From contig SMXW01000045.1 in the NCBI GenBank assembly GCA_004356805.1, forward strand, positions 20,216 through 84,215: a DNA stretch of 64,000 nucleotides, given 5' to 3'. Within the stretch, counting starts at the first letter, position 1. The number at the start of each line of letters is the position of its first letter. The notes under the pieces are model-generated. The model did not search any database and was not told the DNA's origin. It saw only the letters and a list, made by a program, of their open reading frames with translations. Source of the stretch: Acidobacteriota bacterium. GTDB lineage: Bacteria; Actinomycetota; Acidimicrobiia; Spongiisociales; ZC4RG35. The translations under genes were made by a program, and so were the position numbers. Shown piece by piece: positions 20,487 to 30,592 of this stretch.

Positions 20487-21725
20487 TCAGGGCGTCGGGA
20501 TGGTCCTGACGATGGCGGCGAGGGAGTCGTAAGCCCTTTCGCCTATCGCCTTCTCATCTTCGTCCAGGAGATTGGCCATGATTTTCAATGTCCACTCCAT
20601 GAGTGGACGGTTCTGGAGACCGGCATGCGCCAGGGTCCGCATGACGGACGGGTGTCCGATGAGCTTCACGAAGATGCGGGCCATCTTGTAATAGAGCCCG
20701 TACTCGTCGTCGAGCCGTTGCGGATACCGCTGGAGGGCCCACTTCTCGTCGTTGCCGGCGGCCTGCCCGACGTACTCGGCGGCTATACGACCCGTCTCGT
20801 AGGCGTAGGAAATGCCCTCACCATTCCAGGGGTTGATGGCGCCGGCCGCGTCACCGATCGTGATCCAGTTCGACCCGACAAGCGGGCCCTTGGAGAAAGA
20901 CATCGTCAGCTTGCCACCGACCGGCTTGGTCAGCCGTGACTCCTCAGTCAACCCCCAATACTCGGGCGCCGTGGCCACGTAGTCATTCATCATGTGGGTC
21001 GTGTTGACGTGCTTCCACCGCTTGAAGGTGGATAGAAGCCCCACGCCGACGTTTACCGTTCCGTCTCCAAGGGGAAACACCCATCCATAGCCAGGCATCG
21101 TTGCACCGGTCGAGTCCCGAAGATCCAACTGAGACTCCAGGAAGGGATCGTCCGACTTGGGCGACGAGTAGTAACCGCGGGCAGCCAGGCCCATCGGATA
21201 ATCCTTCCGTCTGGCCGTGCCCAGCTCGCGGCCAAAGCGATTCATCGACCCGTCGGCGATAATCGTCACGTCTGGCGTCAAAGTCTCTTCGTCGCCACTG
21301 TTTGCCAGGGCGACAGAAGTCAAAGTGCCCTCCTCGATGACAGGGGTGGCCGTCGTATTCTCCCGGATCAGCACGCCCTCTTTCTCGGCAAGACGAGCCA
21401 CCTGAAGGTCGAGATCCCGCCGACGCATCATCCCGCCCCAGTTGGGGAACCTGCTGTGATCGGGCCACGGCATCTCCATCATGAGGTCGTCACCGGCGTA
21501 CGAGCGGAGTCCGGCGATCTTGTGAAAGTCAGACAGGTCGAAGTCGAACCCCATCTCCTGAAGCTGCAGAATCGCACGAGGGGTCAACGCGTCACCACAG
21601 GTCTTGTCGCGGGGGTATTCCTTCTTCTCGACCAGCATGACCTCGTGGCCCGCGCGAGCCAGCCAGAAGGCAGCCGAGGAACCGGCAGGACCGCCACCGA
21701 CTATGAGAACGGAAGGGGAAGGCAT
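20487..21725 (-). CDS. geranylgeranyl reductase family FAD-dependent oxidoreductase (possibly a MenJ-like menaquinone side-chain reductase)
   Basis: VLIVGGGPAGSSAAFWLARAG dinucleotide-binding motif. CGDALTP region. The MenJ function is inferred from family and respiratory context only. Confidence 0.75.
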   Translation of the reverse strand: MPSPSVLIVGGGPAGSSAAFWLARAGHEVMLVEKKEYPRDKTCGDALTPRAILQLQEMGFDFDLSDFHKIAGLRSYAGDDLMMEMPWPDHSRFPNWGGMMRRRDLDLQVARLAEKEGVLIRENTTATPVIEEGTLTSVALANSGDEETLTPDVTIIADGSMNRFGRELGTARRKDYPMGLAARGYYSSPKSDDPFLESQLDLRDSTGATMPGYGWVFPLGDGTVNVGVGLLSTFKRWKHVNTTHMMNDYVATAPEYWGLTEESRLTKPVGGKLTMSFSKGPLVGSNWITIGDAAGAINPWNGEGISYAYETGRIAAEYVGQAAGNDEKWALQRYPQRLDDEYGLYYKMARIFVKLIGHPSVMRTLAHAGLQNRPLMEWTLKIMANLLDEDEKAIGERAYDSLAAIVRTIPTP

Positions 21726-21769
21726 TGACGACCAGAGCGTAGAAGCAAGCCAGATGTATCGTCGCTCCG

Positions 21770-22378
21770 ATGAGCGGGATCTCCCACGCCACAGTCTCCA
21801 GACTTCCTCGCTACCTTCGGCTCCTCGAGGAACTGGAGGGCGCTCACGAGACGGTGAGCTCTGATGACCTGGCAGTTGCTGCGGGGGTCAATGCCGCCAA
21901 CGTTCGGCGTGACCTTTCCGATCTCGAATTTCAGGGCACGAGAGGAGTGGGGTATTCGGTTCCCTCTTTGGGTGATCGAATAAGGAGGGAACTCGGAATC
22001 GAGAGCCGGCGACTGGTTGCCATCATCGGGGCCGGCAACCTGGGCACGGCGCTGGCACGCTACGACGGACTAGCCAAACGGGGATTCGACGTGACCGCCA
22101 TCTATGACACCGATCCCAACAGAGTCGGACAGAGCATCGGAGATGTGCAGATCCAGCGAATGGAAGACATGCCAATGGACTGCAAGGTCGGGTGTTTCGA
22201 CATGGCGATCCTGGCCGTCCCCGCCAACGCGGCCCAGAGCGTGACCGATCTCTTGGTCAAGGAAGGTGTTCACTCGATCCTCAATTTCGCACCTGTCCGA
22301 GTGAGTGTTCCCGAAGGCGTGGCAGTGCGTCAGGTCGACCTGTCGACCGAATTGCAGATTCTCAGCTACTACGGCTGA
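21770..22378 (+). CDS. rex: redox-sensing transcriptional repressor Rex
   Basis: N-terminal winged helix (TVSRLPRYLRLLEEL). Rossmann NADH-binding domain (IIGAGNLGTALA). Confidence 0.85.
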   Translation: MSGISHATVSRLPRYLRLLEELEGAHETVSSDDLAVAAGVNAANVRRDLSDLEFQGTRGVGYSVPSLGDRIRRELGIESRRLVAIIGAGNLGTALARYDGLAKRGFDVTAIYDTDPNRVGQSIGDVQIQRMEDMPMDCKVGCFDMAILAVPANAAQSVTDLLVKEGVHSILNFAPVRVSVPEGVAVRQVDLSTELQILSYYG

Positions 22379-22416
22379 AGTGAAGCCTTGGCTTGGCAAC
22401 ACACATCAAGTACCGG

Positions 22417-22779
22417 TTATGAGTCGCCCTGCCGGGCTTCCTCGTATTGGTGGAGAGCAACAAGAAACACGAAGAAGATGACCAGAGCGACGGCCAAGAA
22501 GGTGATCGGGATCACTCGGATCTCAATGGCGTTGAGCCCTTCGATGTTGTCCGGCTTTGGCCCTCTCGGGGCGTAGATGACAAACAGCAGGGATGTGAGG
22601 CTCAGCCACCCGAACATGGCAGCCCCGGAGACCAGAAATCCGAGCTTCTTGCCCAGGTTGGTGTAGTTGAACAGATACATCGCGCCGTAAAAGAGGACAA
22701 CGGCGCCGATCGTCAGCAGGACTCCCGTAACGAAGAGGTTGGCCGAGAACAGCGATCTGAAGAGCTCACGGAAGAACAT
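22417..22779 (-). CDS. small membrane protein (3 TM), last gene of the Rieske/cyt b/cyt c operon
   Basis: 120 aa, hydrophobic. Stop-start spacing to the cytochrome c gene is 4 nt. Confidence 0.45.
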   Translation of the reverse strand: MFFRELFRSLFSANLFVTGVLLTIGAVVLFYGAMYLFNYTNLGKKLGFLVSGAAMFGWLSLTSLLFVIYAPRGPKPDNIEGLNAIEIRVIPITFLAVALVIFFVFLVALHQYEEARQGDS

Positions 22780-22782
22780 CTC

Positions 22783-24477
22783 CTACTCCTTCCCGTCCAT
22801 GTTCCCGCTACGCAGATACATCGCCAGCAGACTGAGATCCTCGGCCGAGAGAGTGGCGCCAAAAGCGGGCATCCGTCCCGACCCAAAGCCGTTCAGCCCA
22901 TAGGGCTTCTGCGACTCCGACCCTTTTATGAGGAGCTCGATCAAAAGGTCTGGCTCACTTGGGTCTTCGGGAGCCTCCCCGAACTGCACCAACTCGCGAC
23001 CGTCCCACAGCGCCGGCCCGAAACCGCCAGAACCGGCCTCCAGCGTGTAGGGAATGCCCGCACTGAAGCCTGCCGTATGACAGCGTGCGCAGTTGGCGTT
23101 GAACAGGGCGACCGCCCTGGCTGCCTCATCCACACCCGTCTCCATCGATGCGGCCACTCCCGGAATTTCGATCTCCCATTGCCCAGCGCCTTGTGCCGAG
23201 AGCAGAAACTCGAGGCCATCCTCTTCTTGGGTCCTCAGTTTGTCCTGGTTCTCGGCGGTCACCGTCGTCGTGGTGGCCACCGACTCTTGGGCGCCCACCA
23301 TCGAGCTGGCCGTCCTCTGGTCCGGCAGGCCACCGACCGATTCGGGGTTGGTTGGATTGAGTTCGATCTCCACGATTCCGGCGGGGATCGTCTTGCTACT
23401 GGCCTCCGCCATCTGACCGGTGATCGCTGCCTCTGCTTCGTCGGAGATGCCGTCGCCGTCGGTGTCGTCACCCTCACCGGCAGTCTCGAGGATGTCCTCA
23501 ATCGCAACCAGGTGAACCGCCAGAATCGGATCGCTCGGGATGGCGGCCTCCAATTGAGCCACGGCATCCTCGGCCTTCTCCGCGTCCGGGGTCGCCGGGT
23601 CGAGCGTTATCGCATCGACCACCCGGAAGTAGTCCACTGCCTGCGAAGAGATGGCCGAAAGCTCGACCTCGGCTACATCGGACAGCCCATCATCGTCTGT
23701 ATCTATCCCCACGTCGGCATTGTCGAGAACCTCACGAGCCTGGTCGGAGAGTTGGGTGATGAATGTCGAGTCCGCCGGTGCCTGTTCTATCTCGGCGAGA
23801 ACCTGGCGCTGAGAAAGGATTGCTGCGTCCACGATCTGGTCGGCATTCTCGAGACGGGCGACCTGGGTGGTCATGGCTCCTGGTGTTTTGTCGACCGCTT
23901 CCTGTTGTTTGATCTGGATCGTGCCCAGGTAGTTGACGACGTCACTGACCTGCTGCTCGTTCATCGGCCCGCCCCCGGGCAGGCCCCAGGCAGGCATGGG
24001 CGTGTTCCCACGGCCAAAGGTGATCCAGAAATTGAGCTCGGCGTCGTCATACCGGTACAGCACGTCGTTGAGGGAGGGCACCGCCCATGAGACGGTGACA
24101 CCGGAGCGCTTCTCGACATAGAAGGCAGACCCACCGACACCGAGTGGACCGTGACAGCTGAAGCAAGCGAACTCTTCGACCAGATGCTCACCACGCAACT
24201 CGGATTCGGTAGCGAAGTCCTCGACGAAGCCCTCTTGGCGGTTGGTCTCACCAAGAAAGTAGAGGGGGAGGGAAATAGCAAGGAAGGCAGAACCAACAAT
24301 GGCCGCCTTCTGGCTCTTCTCGAGTCGTCTGGTCTCCAGATGCTGGTCGTCGATTCCGGGCTGAAGGTTGTGAGCGATTTCTTCGCCGCCGCGATTGCGT
24401 AGAGCCGAGACCACCATCAGCCCTAGCCAGGCGACACCGGCGACGATCGCAAGGACGGTGATGACGTCGGCGGTCAC
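22783..24477 (-). CDS. membrane-anchored diheme c-type cytochrome (QcrC-like)
   Basis: Two CxxCH motifs (CFSCHG, CARCHT). N-terminal TM anchor. Acidic low-complexity insert. Confidence 0.75.
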   Translation of the reverse strand: MTADVITVLAIVAGVAWLGLMVVSALRNRGGEEIAHNLQPGIDDQHLETRRLEKSQKAAIVGSAFLAISLPLYFLGETNRQEGFVEDFATESELRGEHLVEEFACFSCHGPLGVGGSAFYVEKRSGVTVSWAVPSLNDVLYRYDDAELNFWITFGRGNTPMPAWGLPGGGPMNEQQVSDVVNYLGTIQIKQQEAVDKTPGAMTTQVARLENADQIVDAAILSQRQVLAEIEQAPADSTFITQLSDQAREVLDNADVGIDTDDDGLSDVAEVELSAISSQAVDYFRVVDAITLDPATPDAEKAEDAVAQLEAAIPSDPILAVHLVAIEDILETAGEGDDTDGDGISDEAEAAITGQMAEASSKTIPAGIVEIELNPTNPESVGGLPDQRTASSMVGAQESVATTTTVTAENQDKLRTQEEDGLEFLLSAQGAGQWEIEIPGVAASMETGVDEAARAVALFNANCARCHTAGFSAGIPYTLEAGSGGFGPALWDGRELVQFGEAPEDPSEPDLLIELLIKGSESQKPYGLNGFGSGRMPAFGATLSAEDLSLLAMYLRSGNMDGKE

Positions 24478-25392
24478 CTAGGCCTCTTCGTCGCCGCTGG
24501 TGGCGCCGATGCAGCTCGGACCTTGGGGGTAGTTGACGGAGAGTGCAGGGGCACGCGAGGTCTGGATGACACTGCCCGTCTTGATGATGAATCGGCCGTC
24601 TCGGACTTCTACGACAAATCGGTCGAGATTTCGCGGCGCCGGACCGGCGAAGTACTCGCCGACCGAGTTGTACTTCGATCCGTGGCAGGGGCATTCAAAG
24701 CCTTGCGAAGGCGCGCACCAGGGAACCCGACATCCAAGGTGGACGCAACGCTGAAACAGCGCCATGAGCCCGTCGGTCTCGACCTGCTTTCCTGCGTACT
24801 GATCGGAGAGAGAGGTTGGTGCCGGCACCACGTAAGCCTTGGCCTCCGGTATGAAAAGGGGGAGAATCGAACCGGTCGGTGTGAAAACCGCACTCTTCAC
24901 CTCGGCCAGGGAGCCTGCATCGATATCGGACCCGAAGCCGCCGCTCAGTCTTGGCCAGAAGAACGCAAGGGAGTTGATTCCCATTATTCCCAGGAATGAG
25001 AAGAAGGTTACGTTCAGCGCCCGGTTGAAGAACTGACGACGGGTGACACCCGCCTCCTCTGGCGAAACCTCCACAACCCTTTGTGTCTCGACAACCTGGA
25101 TCGCCACCGGGGACGGCTCCGGCTCCGCGACCCCTACCTCGACCTCGACCTCGACCTCATCACCGGTCTCTTCACCGGTCTCTTCTATCACCGGAACGGG
25201 TATCGGTTCGACCCGCACCCCGACCATCGACTTGTCGGCCTTGAGGGTCTCCGATGACACGCCTGCGGTTGGATCGACCACGTCGGCCGACTCGTCCGAC
25301 TGCGAACGTCGGAAAGCGATGGTGAATGCTCCGACTGCGCCCAGAATGGCGAAAAGAGCCACACCAACCAGAACCAGGTTGCCAAAGCTCAC
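24478..25392 (-). CDS. Rieske [2Fe-2S] iron-sulfur protein of a cytochrome bc/b6f-type complex
   Basis: CVHLGC...CPCHGS Rieske boxes. N-terminal TM, then an acidic EV/EETG repeat linker, then an internal twin-arginine-like TRRQFF segment. Confidence 0.85.
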   Translation of the reverse strand: MSFGNLVLVGVALFAILGAVGAFTIAFRRSQSDESADVVDPTAGVSSETLKADKSMVGVRVEPIPVPVIEETGEETGDEVEVEVEVGVAEPEPSPVAIQVVETQRVVEVSPEEAGVTRRQFFNRALNVTFFSFLGIMGINSLAFFWPRLSGGFGSDIDAGSLAEVKSAVFTPTGSILPLFIPEAKAYVVPAPTSLSDQYAGKQVETDGLMALFQRCVHLGCRVPWCAPSQGFECPCHGSKYNSVGEYFAGPAPRNLDRFVVEVRDGRFIIKTGSVIQTSRAPALSVNYPQGPSCIGATSGDEEA

Positions 25393-26354
25393 TCGAAGTC
25401 CACCCAGTCCTTGAGGTCATCGAAGAAGATCCCGTCCTTCCACGGGTAAGAGAAGTTGAAACCCCTTCCCCTGAACAGGACCCCGAGGATGGTGAGGGTC
25501 GCTGCACCCGAGATGAAAATCGAATAGAGAAGGATGGCGAACTTGCGGTCGCTGGGCCGTGTCGACGGGTTGCGGTCGACAAAGGGCACCATCATGAACC
25601 CGATGATTCCGACAATGGTGGGCACGGTCACTCCAGCGATCTGCGGGTCGAAATAGCTGAGAAGCTCCTGAAGCCCGAGGAAGTACCAGGGGGCCTTTGA
25701 CGGGTTTGGTGTTGCGTTGAAGTTGGCCGGATCGAGCAGAGGCGAGTGGATTACCACCGCCATTATCACCAGAAGCGCCGTAATGGCCAGGAGGGCACCG
25801 AATTCGACGAGCATCAGGTGCGGCCACGTGTTGACCTTGTCTTGGGGCTCCGGCTTCACGTCCTGAATCGCTCGGGCCTTGACGACAGTGAGAAGACGCT
25901 GAGTCCGGACACCGTCGGGGAGACCGGTGGGCGGGACCGACGGGCGGGGACTCACCAGGCCGGCAACCTTGGCGTTATCCGTGCCGTGGTCTTCGGCGGT
26001 TGGGGAATCCTCAGGTTTGTCTTCAACAGCTACTGGACCCCGTTCTTCAACCTCCGCCGCCGCAGATGGAAAGGCCTCGTCGTCCGACGACGGGGATGCA
26101 GCCACAACCTCTTCCACAACCTCCTCTGTCGACGGCGGTGCCTCTTCCACCGGATCGTCAACCTGCTCCGCGGGGGGCTCCGACCTGCTTTGCTCGTCCG
26201 GGAAGGGTGCTTCTTCGACGATCTCTGCCTGAGGAACCTCTACCGCCGGGCCCTCGCCCTTCATCTCAGCCAACACCTGTTCCACCGGCACCCCAAGTGC
26301 CTTGGCCTTCGCCTCCGCAGATCTCCTCAGGAGACTCTCTGGGATATCAACCAC
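25389..26354 (-). CDS. cytochrome b C-terminal half (b6f subunit IV-like) with long cytoplasmic N-terminal extension
   Basis: [12 protein letters not shown] (PEWY-type motif) and 3 TM. N-terminal 190 aa are acidic/Pro-rich and begin with the shared [14 protein letters not shown] module. Confidence 0.75.
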   Translation of the reverse strand: MVDIPESLLRRSAEAKAKALGVPVEQVLAEMKGEGPAVEVPQAEIVEEAPFPDEQSRSEPPAEQVDDPVEEAPPSTEEVVEEVVAASPSSDDEAFPSAAAEVEERGPVAVEDKPEDSPTAEDHGTDNAKVAGLVSPRPSVPPTGLPDGVRTQRLLTVVKARAIQDVKPEPQDKVNTWPHLMLVEFGALLAITALLVIMAVVIHSPLLDPANFNATPNPSKAPWYFLGLQELLSYFDPQIAGVTVPTIVGIIGFMMVPFVDRNPSTRPSDRKFAILLYSIFISGAATLTILGVLFRGRGFNFSYPWKDGIFFDDLKDWVDFE

Positions 26355-26363
26355 AAGAACTCC

Positions 26364-27140
26364 TCATAGGGGACCCGAAATGCCGCCGTCCTTGCGGACT
26401 CGCCAGAAGTGGATGGACATGAAAATGACGATGATGAACGGAAAGAAAAGAACGTGGAGGACGTAGAAGCGAAGCAGACCCGCCGCGCTCACCTCCACGT
26501 CGGCGAGGAGAACGAACTTGACCTGATCACCAACGACCGGAACGAATCCGGCCATGTTGGTTCCGACGGTGACCGCCCAAAGTGCCAGCTGATCCCACGG
26601 CAGGAGATAGCCCGAGAAGGAGAGCAACAGTGTCAGAAACAGGAGGACCACTCCGATCACCCAGTTGAACTCGCGTGGCGGCTTGTAGGCGCCGTGATAG
26701 AAGACACGACTCATGTGAAGAAACACCGAAAGGACCATGAGGTGCGCTCCCCATCGGTGCATGTTTCGCACCAGCGACCCGAACGCAATGTCAGTGGATA
26801 GCTCCTGGATGTTGACATACGCCAGCTCGGCGGTGGGCGTGTAATAGAACATCAGAAAGATGCCGGTGATTGTCAGGTGGATGAAAAGGAAGAAGCTGAG
26901 CCCACCGAGACAGAGCGTGTAGGACAGCTTGACCGCGTGCCTCTTCACCTTCACCGGGTGGAGGTGATAGAGAACGTTGTTCATCACGACATAGGAGCGG
27001 TTTCTCGGACTATCCGAGTAGCCCTGTTTGAAGGGCGAACCGGGACGAAGAATCGCACCGACCACCTGTGAGCTCCACAGCTTGTCGTTTGTCTCTTTGA
27101 TCCGGTCCCTGAGTCCGGTTTTGCCGTTGCGGTTAGCCAA
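26364..27140 (-). CDS. cytochrome b6-like (N-terminal half of cytochrome b, bis-heme)
   Basis: Conserved heme-ligand His pairs in helices B and D (RNMHRWGAHLM...LHMSRVFYHG; FYVLHVLFFPF). 258 aa, 4 TM. Confidence 0.85.
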   Translation of the reverse strand: MANRNGKTGLRDRIKETNDKLWSSQVVGAILRPGSPFKQGYSDSPRNRSYVVMNNVLYHLHPVKVKRHAVKLSYTLCLGGLSFFLFIHLTITGIFLMFYYTPTAELAYVNIQELSTDIAFGSLVRNMHRWGAHLMVLSVFLHMSRVFYHGAYKPPREFNWVIGVVLLFLTLLLSFSGYLLPWDQLALWAVTVGTNMAGFVPVVGDQVKFVLLADVEVSAAGLLRFYVLHVLFFPFIIVIFMSIHFWRVRKDGGISGPL

Positions 27141-27157
27141 TTAGTGCGCTCCCCTCG

Positions 27158-27607
27158 CTACCAACGCATACCGTACGAGTATCCGTTCTTGAAATCACGC
27201 TGACCGGTGTCGAAGTCCCACGGGCGGCGGTCGAGGCCCAACTCGGTCGCCTGGTCTGCAAGCGAGCCTTCGAACTTGCCCAAAGAGATGACGTTGGTCG
27301 GACACCGGTCGATGCACAACGCGCATCGGGTGCACTCATCCTCATCGACGATGAAAAAGCCGAAGTTCTGGTCATCCTCGGCCGGATGGTCGACGTTGAC
27401 TCCTTCGGTGATTGCATCCAGAGACAGGTAGTGAATGCACTTCCAGGGACAGATATCGACGCAGCCTTCGCAAAGGATGCATTCCACCTGGTCGATGTGG
27501 AGGAACTGCTTGGAACGCAGCTTGTCCTTGAAATAGTCACCTTCGACCAGAGCAAGCTGATAGTCATCCCTGATCGGCGGGATCTCGTCGATGACTCCAC
27601 GGGGCAT
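27158..27607 (-). CDS. 2x[4Fe-4S] ferredoxin-type protein co-operonic with the Rieske/cyt b genes
   Basis: CILCEGCVDICP and CTRCALCIDRCP. Start MPRGVIDE overlaps the stop of the upstream membrane gene (ATGA). The upstream 123 codons of the ORF call overlap that gene out of frame. Confidence 0.7.
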   Translation of the reverse strand: MPRGVIDEIPPIRDDYQLALVEGDYFKDKLRSKQFLHIDQVECILCEGCVDICPWKCIHYLSLDAITEGVNVDHPAEDDQNFGFFIVDEDECTRCALCIDRCPTNVISLGKFEGSLADQATELGLDRRPWDFDTGQRDFKNGYSYGMRW

Positions 27608-28239
27608 CAGGCGTCTCCCTTGACCAAAGGACGCCCATATGGCGACTTCCGCTCGGACGGTTGGGCACCTGGTGGACGACCTTCCTTGATCTTCTGAATC
27701 TGAATCCCCAGAACCGCCCCGAACCCAAGCAGCACGATGTGATAACCCATCGAGATCGAGTCCTTGAGGACCGCGTAACTGATCTCGATGGTGTTGCCGA
27801 GGACGAGGGCCGGTGGGATGACGAGCGCCACTCTTTGCGACGACCAATCGAGTTCGGTCTGGGCGAAGGTGAGCCACTCTGAGGGGGCTATCCCAAAGAA
27901 GAAGAGGAGAGCGAGCCAGGTGATCATTGCCGCGACCGTGGCGCGAGCCCAGGTCATCCTCTGATTCAGAACCCAAAGAAAAGTAGCTCCGACGAGAGCG
28001 AATGTAGTGGCACCCAGAATGATCAGATAGCCGATTCCCAGCCAGACGGTGCCTCGCGGAAACCAGTTGAGGTAATCGACGGTCACCACAACATCAACGC
28101 CATCGATGAGCTCCGTCTCCGGAAAGCTCGACCAGTGGATCCAGACGACCCCGACCACCAGTCCAAGGACACCGAGAAGAAGCAATCCAGATCCGATTGC
28201 TTGGCGGCGTCTGTCGCTTAATTCTCCGAGGCGATACAT
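27607..28239 (-). CDS. membrane protein (about 5 TM), first gene of the Rieske/cyt b operon
   Basis: 210 aa, hydrophobic, no motif. Translationally coupled to the ferredoxin gene. Confidence 0.5.
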   Translation of the reverse strand: MYRLGELSDRRRQAIGSGLLLLGVLGLVVGVVWIHWSSFPETELIDGVDVVVTVDYLNWFPRGTVWLGIGYLIILGATTFALVGATFLWVLNQRMTWARATVAAMITWLALLFFFGIAPSEWLTFAQTELDWSSQRVALVIPPALVLGNTIEISYAVLKDSISMGYHIVLLGFGAVLGIQIQKIKEGRPPGAQPSERKSPYGRPLVKGDA

Positions 28240-28408
28240 GGTCAGGTGCAGTCCGGACGTGTGTAGCTGGTTGTTGGGGCGTTTCTACCACAAGCAGGGC
28301 CCTCTTAGATAACCCAACCTGTGGCACTAACTGGGGTCAATGTAGCGGCGTCGTGATTTGTGGAAGTAGTTATGCTCCCGCCCGTCTCATTTCCGACGAG
28401 GAAGACGC

Positions 28409-29845
28409 TTGGCTGATACCCCAAACTCGGACAATCGAACACTTCACGTTGTGGGAGAAGACGACAGTCGCGTCGCCGCAAATCATCTCGTAACCGGTGC
28501 CTTCTTTCTCGTGCTCGGTGGGGGTCTCCAGTTGCTCTCCCTGATGTCACTCCGTTTCGCCGACATTTTTCCCATTACTTACGGGCGTCTCGAGCCCATG
28601 GCCAACCTCACCCTGATGATCGGGTTCGTCTCCATTTCGCTGATCGGAGGCATCTACTACGTCCTTCCTCGGCTCACCGGGGCAAGGTTGAGTGTCAGCA
28701 GCCTCGCCAGGTTTGAATTGTTCGGAATCGCCGGTCTGGTGCTGGTTGGTTTGCTGGCGATCGGATTCGGGTTCGGCACAGGTGGTCAGCCGTTCGGTCT
28801 TCCGTGGTGGATCAATCTGCCGATGACCCTTCTGCTCGCCGTTCCGGCGCTGGTCACCATTGGAACCATCTCGGACCGCAGCGAGAACCGAAGCTACGTG
28901 ACTCTTTGGTTTGTCCTCGGTGGAGTAATTTGGCTGCCCCTCCTCTACCTGGCCTTCTCCTCGGGCGACCTCCCATATCTCTCATCAACTGCTGTCGCCT
29001 ACACCGACGTGTTCTTCTCCGCCGGCTTCGTCACGATGTTTCTCTTTACGGTCGGAACGGGGCTCTTCTATTACACGATGGTCAGGGAGCTCGATGTCTC
29101 CCTCGCTAGTCGCCAACTTGCCCTCGTCGGGTTTTGGTCGCTGGGATTCGCCGCGGTCTGGTGGGGAACTGCCCAACTCATGTTCGGGCCCGGACCTTCG
29201 TATCTTTCCGGTGTAGGGGCTGCCCTCGGTCTCGCGTTCCCAATCGGAGCACTGGCAAACGCAGCAAACGCATCGCTGACCCTCGAGGGCGCCTGGGACA
29301 AGGTCCGAGACAGGCCCGACCTGAGAGCCGGTGTCCTCGGTCTCTATCTCGGGGTTGGGGTGGCAGTGATGGCAGCACTTGCCGGTTTCCGGTCGATCGC
29401 ATCGGTAGCGGCGTTGACAGGCTTCTGGCAGGCCATCGAATATGCCGCCATCTCAGGGGTTGGCACTCTGCTCATCGCCAGCGTGAGCTTCTCAGCCGTC
29501 CCTCGTCTGTTTGGCAGGGAGCTTTACACGAGGAGAACGAAGACCTTCTTGACCCTGACACTCACCGGATCAGTCGGGGTTCTCGTCTTCATGGCCGCCT
29601 CCGGTCTTGTCTCGGGCTACTCATGGATCGGCGGCTCCAATTCTGGTGCCTATGTCGACGTCGGAGAAGGTTGGGGCGCCGGTTTGGGAGGGAGCGTCGA
29701 AACAATGATGTTGATCGCTGTCGGGTTCGCCATCGTCACCTTCTTCGGCCAGCTCGCCTACGCGGCCACCATCATCGGAACCGTCACGCAGGGAAAGGCC
29801 GCCACACAGGAGGTTCTTGTAGCAAAGGCCACTGTCGATGAGTGA
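28409..29845 (+). CDS. 12-TM membrane protein with heme-copper-oxidase subunit-I-like helix pattern but lacking the canonical His ligands
   Basis: 478 aa and 12 predicted helices. N-terminal ANHLVTGAFFLVLGGGLQLL and YYVLPRLTG segments resemble COX1 helices I-II and PRLN loop. Only 2 His in the whole protein. Homology is an inference. Confidence 0.5.
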   Translation: MADTPNSDNRTLHVVGEDDSRVAANHLVTGAFFLVLGGGLQLLSLMSLRFADIFPITYGRLEPMANLTLMIGFVSISLIGGIYYVLPRLTGARLSVSSLARFELFGIAGLVLVGLLAIGFGFGTGGQPFGLPWWINLPMTLLLAVPALVTIGTISDRSENRSYVTLWFVLGGVIWLPLLYLAFSSGDLPYLSSTAVAYTDVFFSAGFVTMFLFTVGTGLFYYTMVRELDVSLASRQLALVGFWSLGFAAVWWGTAQLMFGPGPSYLSGVGAALGLAFPIGALANAANASLTLEGAWDKVRDRPDLRAGVLGLYLGVGVAVMAALAGFRSIASVAALTGFWQAIEYAAISGVGTLLIASVSFSAVPRLFGRELYTRRTKTFLTLTLTGSVGVLVFMAASGLVSGYSWIGGSNSGAYVDVGEGWGAGLGGSVETMMLIAVGFAIVTFFGQLAYAATIIGTVTQGKAATQEVLVAKATVDE

Positions 29846-30590
29846 CCTTCTGGCTGCAACCTCCACCACACTCGGGGTGCCGGAGGACCTGGTGCGTCGT
29901 TCGGCCGAGGCTCGCGCCGCCGAGGCCGGCTCGAATGTCGATGAAATTCTGACCGCGTGGGGTGGAGGCGAGGCCATAGTCGTCACATCCTCTGCCGCAC
30001 CGGAACCACCTCCCTCTGTCGAAGTGAGCTCCGAGCCACCGGCTCAGCAAGAAGATGTCGCCCCTGACATCGTGATTGAGACTCCGCCGGCTCAAACCGC
30101 CCCCATGGCCACTGCTCCCCCAGGCACTTACCAGCCACCTGTCCTTGTTGGGGCGCCGGACAAACCTGGAATGATCATCCTCGGTGCGATCGGGCTGTTT
30201 CTGGTCGTCCTCATGATGGGGCTGATTGGCCCTTCGGTTGCCACAGACGAGCCTGGTTCCCGCACCAGCGAGATCCCGTACTCACAGACAGCAGTCAATG
30301 GTCAACGTGTCTATGCGTCTCTCGGATGTGCCGCCTGTCATACCCAGATGGTGCGCCCGGTCGTCGCGGATGTCGGGCTTGGGGCCGTGACCTTGAATGA
30401 CACCAATCAAGTGGTGGGAGATCGACGATTCGGGCCGGACCTCTCTGATGTGGGGACACGGATGACATCGAGTCAGTTGGAGGCGACGGTCACTGGGGAT
30501 ACCACGAAGCACCCGCCGCACAACCTGGCTCCAAAAGATATGACCGCCCTGGTTGCGTACCTTTTGGAATCAAGGAATTCGGAAGGATAG
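29838..30590 (+). CDS. membrane-anchored monoheme c-type cytochrome
   Basis: CAACH heme motif. Central TM anchor. N-terminal module LGVPEDLVRRSAEARAAEAG shared with two other proteins. Confidence 0.7.
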   Translation: MSDLLAATSTTLGVPEDLVRRSAEARAAEAGSNVDEILTAWGGGEAIVVTSSAAPEPPPSVEVSSEPPAQQEDVAPDIVIETPPAQTAPMATAPPGTYQPPVLVGAPDKPGMIILGAIGLFLVVLMMGLIGPSVATDEPGSRTSEIPYSQTAVNGQRVYASLGCAACHTQMVRPVVADVGLGAVTLNDTNQVVGDRRFGPDLSDVGTRMTSSQLEATVTGDTTKHPPHNLAPKDMTALVAYLLESRNSEG

Positions 30591-30592
30591 GG

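Noticed and set aside
22447-24090. 547-aa plus-strand ORF
   Set aside because: Antisense to the diheme cytochrome c gene. Arg/Gly/His-rich with no motifs. This is typical high-GC antisense read-through.
28409-29845. Calling the 12-TM protein a cytochrome oxidase catalytic subunit (ctaD)
   Set aside because: All six conserved His ligands and the HPEVY/HH motifs are absent. Only the topology and N-terminal helix pattern are similar.
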